Part shown: one piece after another, positions 29,847 through 40,520 of the stretch
Layout of the letters: every line of letters begins with the position of its first letter
Position numbering within the stretch: position 1 is the first letter of the stretch
NCBI GenBank assembly: GCA_965218435.1
Contig: CBDCKW010000009.1
Span: 448,001 to 512,000, forward strand
Direction: 5' to 3'
Source: Truepera sp.
GTDB taxonomy: Bacteria; Deinococcota; Deinococci; Deinococcales; Trueperaceae
Length of the DNA stretch: 64,000 bases
Notes under the pieces: model-generated
Database searches by the model: none
What the model was told of the DNA's origin: nothing
The model's input: the letters and a program-made list of their open reading frames with translations, nothing else
Program-made: the position numbers and the translations under genes

Positions 29847-30821
29847 TTAGCTCCCGTCGCCGTTATCGGTCGCGCGGGCGATGTTGCCGCGCATCTGCGT
29901 GTCGGACTGCAGGTTTTGCAGGTTGTAGTAGTCCATCACCCCGAAGTTGCCGCTACGGAACGCTTCGGCGAGTGCGCGTGGCACCTCGGCTTCGGATTCA
30001 ACGACTTTCGCGCGCATCTCTTCGACCTTGGCGCGGTTTTCTTGCTCAGAGGCGACCGCCATCGCGCGGCGTTCTTCGGCTTTCGCTTGTGCGACGCTCT
30101 TGTCCGCTTCGGCTTGGTCGGTTTGCAAGATCGCGCCGATGTTTTTACCGACGTCCACGTCGGCGATATCGATGGACAAAATTTCAAAGGCGGTGCCTGA
30201 GTCGAGACCTTTAGAAAGCACGGTCTTAGAGATCACGTCGGGATTTTCCAACACGGTTTTGTGGCTCAACGATGACCCGATCGACGAAACGATGCCCTCG
30301 CCGACGCGGGCGATGATGGTCTCTTCACCCGCACCCCCGACGAGGCGCTCTAAGTTTGCCCGTACGGTGACGCGCGCCGTTGAAATCAGCTGGATGCCGT
30401 CTTTGGCGACTGCTACTACCGACGGCGTTTGAATAACACGCGGGTTAACCGACACTTTTACAGCGTCCAGCACGTCACGACCGGCGAGGTCAATCGCGGC
30501 GGCGCGGTCAAACGGGAGGCCGATTTTGGCTTTGTCGGCAGCGATCAGCGCGTCAACGACCCTATCAACATTACCCCCGGCGAGGAAGTGGGCCTCGAGC
30601 AAATCCTGCGTCACGTCAATCCCGGCTTTGTCGGCTTTAATCAGCGGCAAGATGATGCGGTTGGGCGGCACTCGGCGGAGCCGCATCGCGACGAGGCTCG
30701 TTAGGCTTACCCTTACCCCCGCAGAAATCGCGGAAATCCATAGGCCAATCGGCACAAACGAAAGTAAGATGATAAAAAAGACGATGACGATAGCGGCGAT
30801 AATCAGTACAGTAAAATCCAC
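29847..30821 (-). CDS. floA: Flotillin-like protein FloA
   Basis: [50 protein letters not shown] motifs. Confidence 0.95.
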   Translation of the reverse strand: MDFTVLIIAAIVIVFFIILLSFVPIGLWISAISAGVRVSLTSLVAMRLRRVPPNRIILPLIKADKAGIDVTQDLLEAHFLAGGNVDRVVDALIAADKAKIGLPFDRAAAIDLAGRDVLDAVKVSVNPRVIQTPSVVAVAKDGIQLISTARVTVRANLERLVGGAGEETIIARVGEGIVSSIGSSLSHKTVLENPDVISKTVLSKGLDSGTAFEILSIDIADVDVGKNIGAILQTDQAEADKSVAQAKAEERRAMAVASEQENRAKVEEMRAKVVESEAEVPRALAEAFRSGNFGVMDYYNLQNLQSDTQMRGNIARATDNGDGS

Positions 30822-30910
30822 AAAAAAGCTCCTTTGGAGTTACGGCTAACCAGCTGCTGGGGTTTCCTTTAGCGTAGCTAGATGATACAAGATAGGGGTG
30901 CTAGAAGAGG

Positions 30911-32233
30911 TCAGGCGCTTAAGTCGCGCACGGTAACACGGTTGCCTTCGACACGGATAACTTCGATACGGCTGGTACGGGCGATATAACCTCCCTCGGT
31001 GACGACGTCAACGCGCTGCTCACCGATCTGCACCGTTCCGGCCGGCCGCAAATCAGTGAGCGCGGTACCGGTCTGACCGAGCAGTGCTTGCGGGGAACTC
31101 TGCGCAAAAAGCTGTTCTTCTGGCGGCGCAGACGAGAGCCGCGCCGCCAGCGTGAGGGGACGCATCAGCCTCGAGTTGGGCAAAAGCCAGAGCGCCAGGC
31201 CGAACAGCGCCGCGCCGATCAGCGTCGTGTAGCTGAGCATGGTCAGCGTATTGCCCTGAAAAATCCGGGCGATACCCCACGCTAAGGTAGCAAAGCCCAC
31301 TACCCCGGCGACGCCGAAACCGGGGATGACAAAGAGCTCGAGCGCCACTAACACTACGCCGCCCAAAATGAGCGCCACGTCAACGATTCCCGGCGGACTC
31401 GCCGCAAACGACCCGGCGAAAAACAGCAGCAGCGCGACGATCCCGACGCCGCCCGGAATCCCAAACCCCGGCGTAAAGATTTCAATCGCAACGCCGATAA
31501 CGCCGACCGCGAGCAGCACCGCAGCTAGCAGCGGATTGGTCAGGGCTCCGGCAAACCGCTCCCACGGGCTGGGCTCGAGCGTTTCTAAGGCCACATCGCC
31601 GTAACCGAGTCCGTCTAACGCCCCCCGCAAACTGTCGGCTTGTGAGTTAGCAATCTTGTACTCGACCGCTTGCGCGGCGGTGAGCGTGATAAGTTCTTTG
31701 TTCGTTGACAGCCCCGGAATCTCGGTACGCTCCGAGACCATCCCCTCCGCGACGCGGGCGTTACGGTTTCGCGCCTCGGCGACACTCCGAAACTGTCCGC
31801 GCCACGCCGAATTGATCTTCTCCGAGGCCGTCTCGCCGGTAATGCCGTTGATCGCCGTAGCTGCGCCGATGGTGCCGCCGGGGAGCATGGCAAGCTGTTC
31901 GGCGCTCATGGCAATCAGTGCCCCCGCGCTCAGCGCCTGATTTGCCACGGCAATGGTCGGGACGCCCGCATTCAAAATGCTGTTGGCAATCTCCTCGGCG
32001 GCGGCAACACTGCCACCGGGGGTATCAATCTCAAAAACGACCGCCAGGGGTTGTTTAGCTGCAGCCTCTTCTAACCTCGAGCTAACAAATTGCGCCGTCG
32101 CAGGCGTAATCACACCTTCAATGGGTACGACCCAGACCGGACGCGGTGCCTGCGCCGCGCCCCAAGCTGCAGTGAGTAAGGTTAAAAACGCAAGGCTCCA
32201 CCGTCTCCAAAAGCCTTTCGGTGTCTTTTGCAT
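30911..32233 (-). CDS. nfeD: NfeD family membrane protease (long form)
   Basis: IDTPGG, SAGALIAM, EK..SAW, TM region, C-terminal TDLRPAG OB fold; start set at ATG 32233. Confidence 0.9.
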   Translation of the reverse strand: MQKTPKGFWRRWSLAFLTLLTAAWGAAQAPRPVWVVPIEGVITPATAQFVSSRLEEAAAKQPLAVVFEIDTPGGSVAAAEEIANSILNAGVPTIAVANQALSAGALIAMSAEQLAMLPGGTIGAATAINGITGETASEKINSAWRGQFRSVAEARNRNARVAEGMVSERTEIPGLSTNKELITLTAAQAVEYKIANSQADSLRGALDGLGYGDVALETLEPSPWERFAGALTNPLLAAVLLAVGVIGVAIEIFTPGFGIPGGVGIVALLLFFAGSFAASPPGIVDVALILGGVVLVALELFVIPGFGVAGVVGFATLAWGIARIFQGNTLTMLSYTTLIGAALFGLALWLLPNSRLMRPLTLAARLSSAPPEEQLFAQSSPQALLGQTGTALTDLRPAGTVQIGEQRVDVVTEGGYIARTSRIEVIRVEGNRVTVRDLSA

Positions 32234-32376
32234 ATAGCTTAAGTATAAGGGTTGGTGCAGTACGAACGGCTCTATCCGGCGACGCACAGAAACTTCGCCC
32301 ACTCACCCTCAGCCCACGCCCGACATTGCGGTCTATATGCCTGAACTGCGGCGGCGCTAGGCTATAATGGGACGTT

Positions 32377-32625
32377 ATGCTTTTTCTTTCCCTTATCTGT
32401 TTTGCGCTCGCAATCCTCGGGGTGTTCTGGGTTTTGCGCACCTTTAGAACCAGCGACGAAACGCCGACTGAACGCGCCGACCTCGACAAAGCGGGCGGTA
32501 TCATCTTTACGGTGGTCTGCGTCTGTGTGGGCGGCGTCGCCCTCTATCTTTACGCGAGCGGCTTTTTGGCCCCGGCGCAAGGGCTCGAGCCCAACACCAG
32601 CGTTCAGCTCGTTCAGCTTGTCTAA
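32377..32625 (+). CDS. Small two-TM membrane protein
   Basis: Two hydrophobic helices; TATAAT 8 nt before the ATG. Confidence 0.6.
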   Translation: MLFLSLICFALAILGVFWVLRTFRTSDETPTERADLDKAGGIIFTVVCVCVGGVALYLYASGFLAPAQGLEPNTSVQLVQLV

Positions 32626-32741
32626 ATACCTACAAGCCCAAGGTTTTATCCGTAAAGCTTGCTCGTATTTTGTACACCTTAAAGCCTGACTTTTTAGCGA
32701 ACACCTCGCGGCGTTTCTAGCGAAGTCGGGCGAAACTTTTT

Positions 32742-32903
32742 CTAGTCGTTAGGTTGAAGGTCGGTAAAGACCTGTCCCGAAAGTAAGTAGATGATATCGC
32801 TAAGGTCAACCGCTTCTTCGAGGCAGCTCACTTCGATCTCGAGCTGCTGCTTTTCTGAGAGCGACCACCACCAGAGGAGGGCGTTGGGGGAAAGGTCTTT
32901 CAT
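32742..32903 (-). CDS. Small 53-aa acidic protein (below ORF-track cutoff)
   Basis: MKDLSPNALLWWWSLSEKQQLEIEVSCLEEAVDLSDIIYLLSGQVFTDLQPND; TAAAGT 6 nt before the ATG. Confidence 0.4.
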   Translation of the reverse strand: MKDLSPNALLWWWSLSEKQQLEIEVSCLEEAVDLSDIIYLLSGQVFTDLQPND

Positions 32904-33026
32904 GCTCACACTTTACCGGCTAAGGTACAGGTTCTTAGGTAAAAGTTTGGCATCTGCAAGGCCATTTACGGATTGTGAAATACTCTACGGTTGAGCTAGT
33001 GTTCATCGGCAACGTTATTTAGTTCA

Positions 33027-34523
33027 TCAGCTGAGGTCTCGAGTCGCTTTTAGCAGGGCTTGGGCCTGGGCGCGTTTTTCGTTTAACCGGGCGTGATTTT
33101 TGGGGTCAGGCGTCAACTCGGTTCTTGCTCCTTCTGAGACTAGCTGAGCAGCTTCCTCGAGATTCACCCAGCCGAGGGCAACCTGGGCAAAAAGGGCCGC
33201 ACCGATGCCTGAAGCGTCGGCGACAGGGTTGAGTTCGGTCTTCGTGCCGAGCACGTCCGTGAGAAGCTGAGCCCAAAAAGGGGAACGGGTCACACCCCCG
33301 GCGAGTTGTACCGGTAACGCGTTAGGTTTAAGCAGTTCGTACACATCCGCTAACGAGAAGGCGACGCCCTCGAGCCCCGCCCGCGCAAGGTCGGCGCGGG
33401 TGTGGTATCTGCCGACGCCGAACATGCTTGCGCGGAGCGACGCATCCCAGTGCGGCGTGCGTTCCCCCGTCAGGTAAGGCAAACAGATGATGTTGCTCGG
33501 TTTTGCGCCGGCAGCGTCTTTTAAGAGCTGCTCGAACCCTTCAGCTTGGGGAAGCTCGCTGTACAAGGTGGCGCGGAGCCACTCGAGCGCCAAGCCGCCG
33601 TTGTTGATCGCGCCGCCCGCAAAGTAGTACCCTCCAGTGAGCAAGTAGCACCAGGTCAGCCCTTCGGGGCCGAGCTGCGGCGCGGGGGCAACCTGCCGCA
33701 CTGCGCCGCTCGTTCCAACCGTGACGACGGTCTCTCCGGGCCGAACGACGCCGGAACCCAAGTTAGCCAAGCCGCCGTCGCTGCTACCGGCAAAAATGGG
33801 GAGTCCGGCGGTGAGCCCGGTCGCTGCGGCTGCTCCTGACGTCAGAGTGCTGAGCCGGTCGGTTGCTCCGATCAGTTCAGGCAGCGCCGCTGCGGAGATA
33901 CCCGCCAAGGCCAGGGCGTCGTCAAACCAGCGCACCTTGTGAATGTCTAAAAGTCCGGTGGTCGAGGCCATGCCCACGTCCGTTGCCAAGGTTCCGGTCA
34001 GCCGGTAAGCGACGTAATCTTTCAGCGAGACGAAGGTGTGGGCACGGCTGAAAAGCTCCGGTTGCGCCGCCCGAAACCAGCGCAGCCGCGCCGGGTGATA
34101 GGGCGTTTGTAGTGGGCAACCCGTCGCCTCGTAGAGCCGTCTAGCAGCTGCAAGATCGTCGGGAACGACTTTTTTAGCGCGGCTGTCGGCCCACGTGGTT
34201 GCGTTACCGAGCGGTTCGGCGTCTTTACCGAGCGGCAAAATGCTGTGCATCGCGCCGCCTAGCGCCATCCCTGCGGGGCGCGGCAACCCTTGCTCGGACA
34301 ACCAGCCGGAGAGTTCTTTAAGACTCTGGCAAACCGCTCTCCAAATGGCGTGCGGGTCTTGTTCGGCCCGCCCAGAACGGTCGGTTAAGAGCGGATACGT
34401 TGCCGACTTCAGGCCCAAAACTTTTCCTGCAGAGCTGAGCGCGACGGCCTTACACCCGGTGGTACCAAGGTCAAGTCCAAGTGTCAGGGCGTCTGTTAAG
34501 GGTGTCATGATAGGTGCGTCCAT
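33027..34523 (-). CDS. FGGY carbohydrate kinase, gluconokinase-like
   Basis: LGLDLGTTGCKA, GAMHS, TWADSRA, SDGGLANLG, GTSGAVR, PYLTGERTP motifs. Confidence 0.88.
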   Translation of the reverse strand: MDAPIMTPLTDALTLGLDLGTTGCKAVALSSAGKVLGLKSATYPLLTDRSGRAEQDPHAIWRAVCQSLKELSGWLSEQGLPRPAGMALGGAMHSILPLGKDAEPLGNATTWADSRAKKVVPDDLAAARRLYEATGCPLQTPYHPARLRWFRAAQPELFSRAHTFVSLKDYVAYRLTGTLATDVGMASTTGLLDIHKVRWFDDALALAGISAAALPELIGATDRLSTLTSGAAAATGLTAGLPIFAGSSDGGLANLGSGVVRPGETVVTVGTSGAVRQVAPAPQLGPEGLTWCYLLTGGYYFAGGAINNGGLALEWLRATLYSELPQAEGFEQLLKDAAGAKPSNIICLPYLTGERTPHWDASLRASMFGVGRYHTRADLARAGLEGVAFSLADVYELLKPNALPVQLAGGVTRSPFWAQLLTDVLGTKTELNPVADASGIGAALFAQVALGWVNLEEAAQLVSEGARTELTPDPKNHARLNEKRAQAQALLKATRDLS

Positions 34524-34629
34524 GAAAGTTTTAGCTTAACCCGTCGGTGCTCTTACTTCCCTATGTTTGAAGCTTATAAAGAGTCAGCTCGAGCTTACAA
34601 CTGCTTACAGCGTCGCTACACAGGCGCTG

Positions 34630-36123
34630 CTATTTGGACCTGGTACTTGCTAAAAGCCGGTAAAAGCGGCCGTAGGCATCGTCCCAAGCTTCACTGTGTT
34701 GTGGTTCGTAGGTCGTTTGCTCCCCCGACGCTGAGGCGACGGCTCGAGCCGCCCCTAAATCAGGTAAAAAACCCCGTGCCAGTGCCTGCATCATCAGGTT
34801 GCCGAGCGCCGTCGCTTCGGCGGGACCGGCCACGACCGGGCGGTGGCAGGCGTTGGCGGTGTACTGACACAGCAGCGTATTTTGCGAGCCGCCGCCGACG
34901 ATCCGCACGACCTCCATCGGGGCGGCAGTGAGGGACTCGAGGTCGTCCAATACGCTCCGGTATTTGAGGGCGAGGCTTTCTAAGCAGCAGCGCACCAGCT
35001 CGCCGACGCTCTGCGGTTCCGGCTCACCGTGGTCGCGGCAAAAGGTACGGATGGCGTCCGGCATACTGTCCGGGTTTAAGAACGTCTCCGCGCTGGGGTC
35101 AATCAAGCTGTGAAACGCGGGTGCTTGCTCGCCCAAGGCCAACAGCTCCTCCCAGGTTGAATCATGACCCTCTGCGGCCCACTGTTTACGGCACTCCTGT
35201 AACAGCCACAAGCCCGCCACATTTTTAAGCAGCCGGACACTACCCCGTTTACCGTCGCCGACGCCGCTTTCATTGGTAAAGTCCAGGGCCAACGCCTCAG
35301 TGCTCAGGACGGGCTCGGCGATTTCGGTTCCAACGAGGCTCCAAGTCCCCGAGCTGACGAACATCCCGCCGCCTGAGATGGCGGCAACTGCGCTCGCGGT
35401 GTCGTGGCTGGCTGGCGCGATGACGGGCGTGTCGGGTGAGAGGCGGGTGTCTTTAGCCACGCCGGGGTGAAGCGTTCCTAAAACGGTTCCGGGCGGAACC
35501 AAAGGCGGCAAGATATAACCGGGTAGCCCTAACGTTTCTAAAAGATCGTTATCCCACCGCCGTGTCCTTGCATCTAACAGCTGACTGGTCGAGGCGACCG
35601 TCGTCTCTCCCATAGCCTCACCGGTGAGCCAGTAGTGGAACAGGTCGGGCATCATCAGGAGAGTCTCTGCCGCTGCTAATTGCGGACTCTCTTTCATACT
35701 GTAGAGCTGGTAGAGCGTGTTGATCTGCATAAATTGCAACCCGGTACGGCGGTAGAGCTCGAGCTTTGGAACGTGCTCAAACACCCGTTCCATCACCCCG
35801 TCGGTGCGTGCGTCGCGGTAGTGGTGCGGGTTGCCGAGAAGGTTACCGCGCCCGTCCAGCAGCGCAAAATCTACGCCCCAGGTGTCTACGCCGATGCCTG
35901 CAAGGGGTACCTGAATCTCACGAGCATAGCCTTGCAGCGCCTCCTGAAGCTGACGCCACAGCGCGAGCACATCCCAGTAAAGACTGTCTCTGACCCTTAC
36001 CGGGCCGTTGGCAAAGCGGCGGAGTTCACGCAGCTCGAAGCGTTCACCCGTTAGCGTGCCGAGCAACACGCGGCCGCTCGAGGCCCCCAAATCAACGGCC
36101 AGAAAGTTCGCTGACTCAGCCAT
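34630..36123 (-). CDS. rhaB: Rhamnulokinase family protein
   Basis: AVDLGASSGR, DTWGVDF, INTLYQL, SHDTASAV, SSGTWSLVG, EATALGN motifs. Confidence 0.88.
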   Translation of the reverse strand: MAESANFLAVDLGASSGRVLLGTLTGERFELRELRRFANGPVRVRDSLYWDVLALWRQLQEALQGYAREIQVPLAGIGVDTWGVDFALLDGRGNLLGNPHHYRDARTDGVMERVFEHVPKLELYRRTGLQFMQINTLYQLYSMKESPQLAAAETLLMMPDLFHYWLTGEAMGETTVASTSQLLDARTRRWDNDLLETLGLPGYILPPLVPPGTVLGTLHPGVAKDTRLSPDTPVIAPASHDTASAVAAISGGGMFVSSGTWSLVGTEIAEPVLSTEALALDFTNESGVGDGKRGSVRLLKNVAGLWLLQECRKQWAAEGHDSTWEELLALGEQAPAFHSLIDPSAETFLNPDSMPDAIRTFCRDHGEPEPQSVGELVRCCLESLALKYRSVLDDLESLTAAPMEVVRIVGGGSQNTLLCQYTANACHRPVVAGPAEATALGNLMMQALARGFLPDLGAARAVASASGEQTTYEPQHSEAWDDAYGRFYRLLASTRSK

Positions 36124-36884
36124 TATTCAACCAACCGTTTACGGCGGTAGTGCTCGTCTAGTCGGTTATCAATCCGTGCGACTTCTTCTTGGGGTAAAAA
36201 ACGCGGCCCCCCAAGCGCGTAGGTACCTGCGAGCGTCCGCGCCCACTTGTCCGCCATCAAGGTGATATTCAGAGCTTCACGGGCGCTGCCGCCGAGCGCG
36301 ACTAGGCCGTGATTTTCCAGCAGCAGCAGTTTCGGCGGCGTGCCGTAAGTGTCTTTATACCGCCCCAGTTCCGCCTGTACCGCTTTGGCGAGGCCGAAAC
36401 CGGGGTCTACATAGGGCACGACCGCCGGAGCGCGGCCACAAACGACCACCGCGTCGGGGAAGATGTGCTGACGAAACGGTTCGGCCCCGAGCGTGCTGCA
36501 TAAAATCTGGTTGACGGCCTCTGCGTGCGTGTGCGCCACCCAGCTTGCGCCACCCGTAAGACAGAGCGCGTGTAAAAACGTCTCAACCGAGGGTCTTTTT
36601 TGTGCCGGGTCAACCTGTGCGCTCACGAGCACCGACTCGACTTCCGCTTCGCTCAACGTTTCGTGCTCGAGCGGCCTCAGCACCTCGTCAAAACGGACTT
36701 GAGTCAGGTCAGCAGGGGAGAGCGTGCCCAAACTGCTGCCTGACGCCTTGACCCAAAACGTCGCATCGTCAGCCCTAGCACTGACGTTGCCTTCGCCTAA
36801 AATCGCCAGAGCCCTGGCCGGGTCGCCAAGAGTTTGGGCAAGATCGGTAAGCTCTTGTTGAAGCGTGGATTGAAATTCAGTCAC
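36123..36884 (-). CDS. Class II aldolase/adducin family protein
   Basis: [29 protein letters not shown] motifs. Confidence 0.88.
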   Translation of the reverse strand: MTEFQSTLQQELTDLAQTLGDPARALAILGEGNVSARADDATFWVKASGSSLGTLSPADLTQVRFDEVLRPLEHETLSEAEVESVLVSAQVDPAQKRPSVETFLHALCLTGGASWVAHTHAEAVNQILCSTLGAEPFRQHIFPDAVVVCGRAPAVVPYVDPGFGLAKAVQAELGRYKDTYGTPPKLLLLENHGLVALGGSAREALNITLMADKWARTLAGTYALGGPRFLPQEEVARIDNRLDEHYRRKRLVE

Positions 36885-36919
36885 GGTGACCCCAATATAG
36901 AGATGTGATACCTAAAGTT

Positions 36920-36948
36920 ACACCCGTAGCTTTAGTGCTACGGGTGTT
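36920..36948. terminator. Intergenic hairpin after the binding-protein gene
   Basis: ACACCCGTAGC-TTTAGT-GCTACGGGTGT; may be a terminator or an mRNA-stabilising stem. Confidence 0.5.
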
Positions 36949-36976
36949 CTCTTCAGCGTTTGCCAGCTGTCCCAAC

Positions 36977-38095
36977 CTAAAAGTCAAAATCGTTGATGTT
37001 CTTACTGGTAAAGATGAAGGGTGCGCCGAGCAAGATTTCTGAACCGTTGACAATCTGCAGATCGCCCAACCGTCCGGCGGAGACGGTTTTTGAGTCGGGC
37101 GTCAGCGTCCCGTCAGCGACTGCTCGTAACGTGTAGGCGGCGGCGTACCCGAGGTCAACCGGGTTCCAGAGCACCACCGATTTGACGCAGTCCGAGGCGA
37201 CGTAGGGTTTCATATCGTTGGGTGTCGCCAGCCCGATGACGGCCACCTCACCACAGAGTCCGGCTTGGGTTACGGCGTCCGCCGATGAAGGCGTCGCGAC
37301 GCTCGTCATCCCGAAGATCCCGTCCAAATCATTGCCGTATTTATTGATTAAAGTATTGGCCTGATTAAACGATTGCACGGCGTCTTCCTGGGCCTCGAGG
37401 GTTTCTAGCCACTTCATGTTTGGAAAACACGATTCTTGATACGCCTGCATCTCGGCGATCCAGCGGGCTTGGTTGGGCGTCGTAAAGGTGCTCGTGACGA
37501 TGCCGAACTGCGCGTCTTCACCTTTTTCGGCGGCCATGCTGTCGATCATCGCCTTAGCGATACCGTTAAACTCGGCTTGATTGACAAACCACTCGCGCGC
37601 GTCGGGTTGGCTGTTGGCGTCGTAACCAATCACGTGAATCCCTTTGGCGAGCGCCCGCTTCAAGACCGGTGAAATGGCTACCGGGTCGTTGGCGGCGAAC
37701 AAAATACCCTGAACGCTGCCGCTCGAGATGTAGTTCTCCAAAACCGCAATCTGATCGTCGATGTTGGCTTCGGTCGGGCCGTCGGTACGCCCGGTCATGT
37801 TGCCAAGTTCTTTTGCGGCCTCCTGAATCCCTTGCGTCGTCGCGTTGAAGTAGCCGATGCCGACGAGTTTAGGAACATCTACAAAGCTGAGCGGTTTATC
37901 TTTGAGGTCGGGTGCGCCGCTGACGCTGCCGCCGTCGTAAGGTTGTGACGCGGGGGCAGGCGCAGCCTCAGTGCCGCAAGGGAGCGGGTTGGTCGGCAAG
38001 GTATCAGCGCCGTCCCATGAGCCTTGGGCCAAGCTGACGCTGCTGATACCAAGAAGTGAGGCGGTGGCGAGTGCGGCTACAAGTTTAAGGTGCAT
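36977..38095 (-). CDS. Sugar ABC substrate-binding protein (RhaS/LsrB-like)
   Basis: Signal peptide; VPKLVGIGYF, TPNQARWI, LWNPVDLGY, GRLG, FT..NI.DFDF; start ATG 38095 with GGAGG. Confidence 0.9.
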   Translation of the reverse strand: MHLKLVAALATASLLGISSVSLAQGSWDGADTLPTNPLPCGTEAAPAPASQPYDGGSVSGAPDLKDKPLSFVDVPKLVGIGYFNATTQGIQEAAKELGNMTGRTDGPTEANIDDQIAVLENYISSGSVQGILFAANDPVAISPVLKRALAKGIHVIGYDANSQPDAREWFVNQAEFNGIAKAMIDSMAAEKGEDAQFGIVTSTFTTPNQARWIAEMQAYQESCFPNMKWLETLEAQEDAVQSFNQANTLINKYGNDLDGIFGMTSVATPSSADAVTQAGLCGEVAVIGLATPNDMKPYVASDCVKSVVLWNPVDLGYAAAYTLRAVADGTLTPDSKTVSAGRLGDLQIVNGSEILLGAPFIFTSKNINDFDF

Positions 38096-38154
38096 ATATC
38101 CTCCGGTGAAACAGTGAGTGGTTGGGGGCAAGGGCTTGCTGATGAATTCACGTT

Positions 38155-39144
38155 CTACATAGACCCTCCTCGAAGACGCTGAATCAGGTTGTTAACTAAG
38201 ATGGCCAAAATGAGGGTGCTGCCGATAACGATAATCGTCGCGTCGCTCGTGACGCCGGTCAGGGCTAAACCGTTTTTAAGCAGCTGAATTAAGACGAGAC
38301 CCAAAATCGTCCCGAAGATGCTGCCCCGGCCACCGAAGATGCTGGTACCGCCCAACACCACAGCGGCGATGGCGTCGAGCTCGAGCCCCGTCCCCATATC
38401 GCTGCGGGTGGTGGTGACTCTCGAGACGAAGATAATCGCCGCAAGCGCCGCCATCAGGCCGGAAAAGCTGTAGATGATAACCAGATTACGACCGACCGGA
38501 AGCCCCGAAAACCGTGCGCCGATGGGGTTGTTGCCGAGCGCGTAGAGCGAGCGCCCAAGCGTCGTACTTCGCAGCACTACCGCTGACAAGGCCGCCATGA
38601 TGATAAAGGCCCAGAGCTGTACGGGGAGTCCAGCCACCGTTCCCTGACCGAACCAAAAAAACCATTCGGGGTAGCCCGTTACGCTTCTCGCCTGACTGAT
38701 GCCCTGCGCCAAGCCCCGGTAAAGCGCCAGCGTCGCCAGCGTCATAATCAGCGGCGGGACGCCGACCCGGACGATCAACGCAGCGTTAAACATCCCTGCC
38801 AAGATACCGACTAGCAGCACCAACACGAGCACCAAGCCGAGCGGTAGTCCCAACCCCTGCCAGAGCACCCCGAGCAAAATGGCGCAAAGTCCTAAAATTG
38901 AGCCGACCGAGAGATCAATCCCGCCCGTAACGATAATAAACGTCATCGGCAACGCGACGAGACCGACTTCGCTCATCAAACGGCCCTGATTGATAAGGTT
39001 GCTCGCCGTAAAAAACGCTTTGCTGCGGCTTGCCAGCACTGCCACGACAACGACCAAAATAACGAATAAAATCCCCTCTTGGCTCAGCACAACGTTGCGC
39101 ACGCGTTTTCCCAAATTAGGTGTTTGCGTGGTTTGCCGTGTCAC
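38155..39144 (-). CDS. Sugar ABC permease
   Basis: GGIDLSVGS, TLATLALYRG, ELDAIAAVVLGG; GTG start overlapping the upstream stop. Confidence 0.9.
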   Translation of the reverse strand: MTRQTTQTPNLGKRVRNVVLSQEGILFVILVVVVAVLASRSKAFFTASNLINQGRLMSEVGLVALPMTFIIVTGGIDLSVGSILGLCAILLGVLWQGLGLPLGLVLVLVLLVGILAGMFNAALIVRVGVPPLIMTLATLALYRGLAQGISQARSVTGYPEWFFWFGQGTVAGLPVQLWAFIIMAALSAVVLRSTTLGRSLYALGNNPIGARFSGLPVGRNLVIIYSFSGLMAALAAIIFVSRVTTTRSDMGTGLELDAIAAVVLGGTSIFGGRGSIFGTILGLVLIQLLKNGLALTGVTSDATIIVIGSTLILAILVNNLIQRLRGGSM

Positions 39145-40520
39145 AGCAGCTGCCTCCGGCGTCTGAGCAGGTCGAGCAAGACGGTCACGAGAATCAGCAC
39201 GCCTTGCACCGCCTGAATCCAAAACGGTGAGACGTTGACAAAAATCATCCCTGAACGGATGGTGTTGAGCAAGATGGCTGCCAGCATCGCACCGATGACG
39301 GTGCCTTTACCGCCTAAAATGCTGACCCCGCCGACGACGGCGGCGGTGATGACGAAGAGCTCGAGGCTCGGGGGCGGTGTCGGCTGAATGACGTTGAGCT
39401 GCGTCGCGTACAAGACGGCGGCGATGCCCGCAAAGACCCCATTCAGGACAAAGACCTGCAGTACCAACCGCGTCTGCGAAAATCCCGAGAGCCGCGCCGC
39501 CTCTGCGTTCCCGCCGAGCGCGTAAAACGCTCTGCCCAGGCCGCTGTAACGGAGCCAGAGCGCCGCCGAGAGCGTCAACACGACCATAAAATAAACCGAC
39601 ATCGGCACGCCGAGGGGCCGCGCCTGCGCCAGATAAAACGCCTCCGGCATCCCGGTCACGCGTTTGCCGCTCGTCCAAATAATCAAAATGCCTTTTAAGA
39701 TGCTGAGCATCCCGAGCGTGACGACAATCGAAGGAATCCTTAAATACGCGACGAACGCCCCGATCACGGCCCCGACGCCGCCCCCGATAACCAGCGGCAC
39801 GAGCCACGCGACGACGACGGGCGCGTCGTTCACGACTAAACGCCCACTGATGATGGCTAACAAGCCGATCAAAGACCCGATTGAAATATCAATGTTGCCG
39901 GTGATGATGACCATTGACATGCCGATGGCCGCAACCGCGATATAGGCGTTGCCCTGCAAGATGTCGAGCAGATTGCGTTCGGCTAAAAAACGCGGATTGT
40001 TCAGCCCGACGATGATAAACAGTGCGACTAACGCCACCACGATGACGCTCTCTTGGTTGGCTAACAGGCGGTTTAGCCGGTATTCGGGCGGCGCAGCGGC
40101 GCGTGGGAGGGCAAGTTGCATGACCATCACGGCCCCGAGCGCCAGCATGGACCAGAAGCCCAAGCCCATCGCGTTGAGGTACGTTCCTTCATCACCGCGG
40201 TATGAGAGAAAAAAGACGGCGAAGTATTCTAAAACCAAAACGCCGCCGAGCGCGGTCACAGCAGAAGCGGCCCGGTTAAGCTGTCGGTTCGTCAAGCCCC
40301 AGGCCCCGGCCAGCAGTGTAATCCCGGCAGCGAAGAGGATAAGCTGTGCGCCGTTGGTCTCGAGGTCAAACTCGTTGGCGTCTCTCGAGGCGTTGACCGC
40401 CGGAAAGGTGCTCGGCCCCAGCGTCGGTTGGTTCACGAAGGGCAAGAAGATATAGGCAACAAGAAGACCTGCGCCAAGTAAGAGAGGCAACCAAGCCAGC
40501 GGTGAACGGACGGCGCTCAC
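39141..40520 (-). CDS. Sugar ABC permease with extra N-terminal membrane domain
   Basis: [30 protein letters not shown]; about 150 additional N-terminal residues with several TM segments. Confidence 0.88.
   Translation of the reverse strand: MSAVRSPLAWLPLLLGAGLLVAYIFLPFVNQPTLGPSTFPAVNASRDANEFDLETNGAQLILFAAGITLLAGAWGLTNRQLNRAASAVTALGGVLVLEYFAVFFLSYRGDEGTYLNAMGLGFWSMLALGAVMVMQLALPRAAAPPEYRLNRLLANQESVIVVALVALFIIVGLNNPRFLAERNLLDILQGNAYIAVAAIGMSMVIITGNIDISIGSLIGLLAIISGRLVVNDAPVVVAWLVPLVIGGGVGAVIGAFVAYLRIPSIVVTLGMLSILKGILIIWTSGKRVTGMPEAFYLAQARPLGVPMSVYFMVVLTLSAALWLRYSGLGRAFYALGGNAEAARLSGFSQTRLVLQVFVLNGVFAGIAAVLYATQLNVIQPTPPPSLELFVITAAVVGGVSILGGKGTVIGAMLAAILLNTIRSGMIFVNVSPFWIQAVQGVLILVTVLLDLLRRRRQLL

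Noticed and set aside
32742..32903. Trp-Trp-Trp ORF as a trp attenuator leader
   Set aside because: No trp genes downstream; the next gene is convergent.
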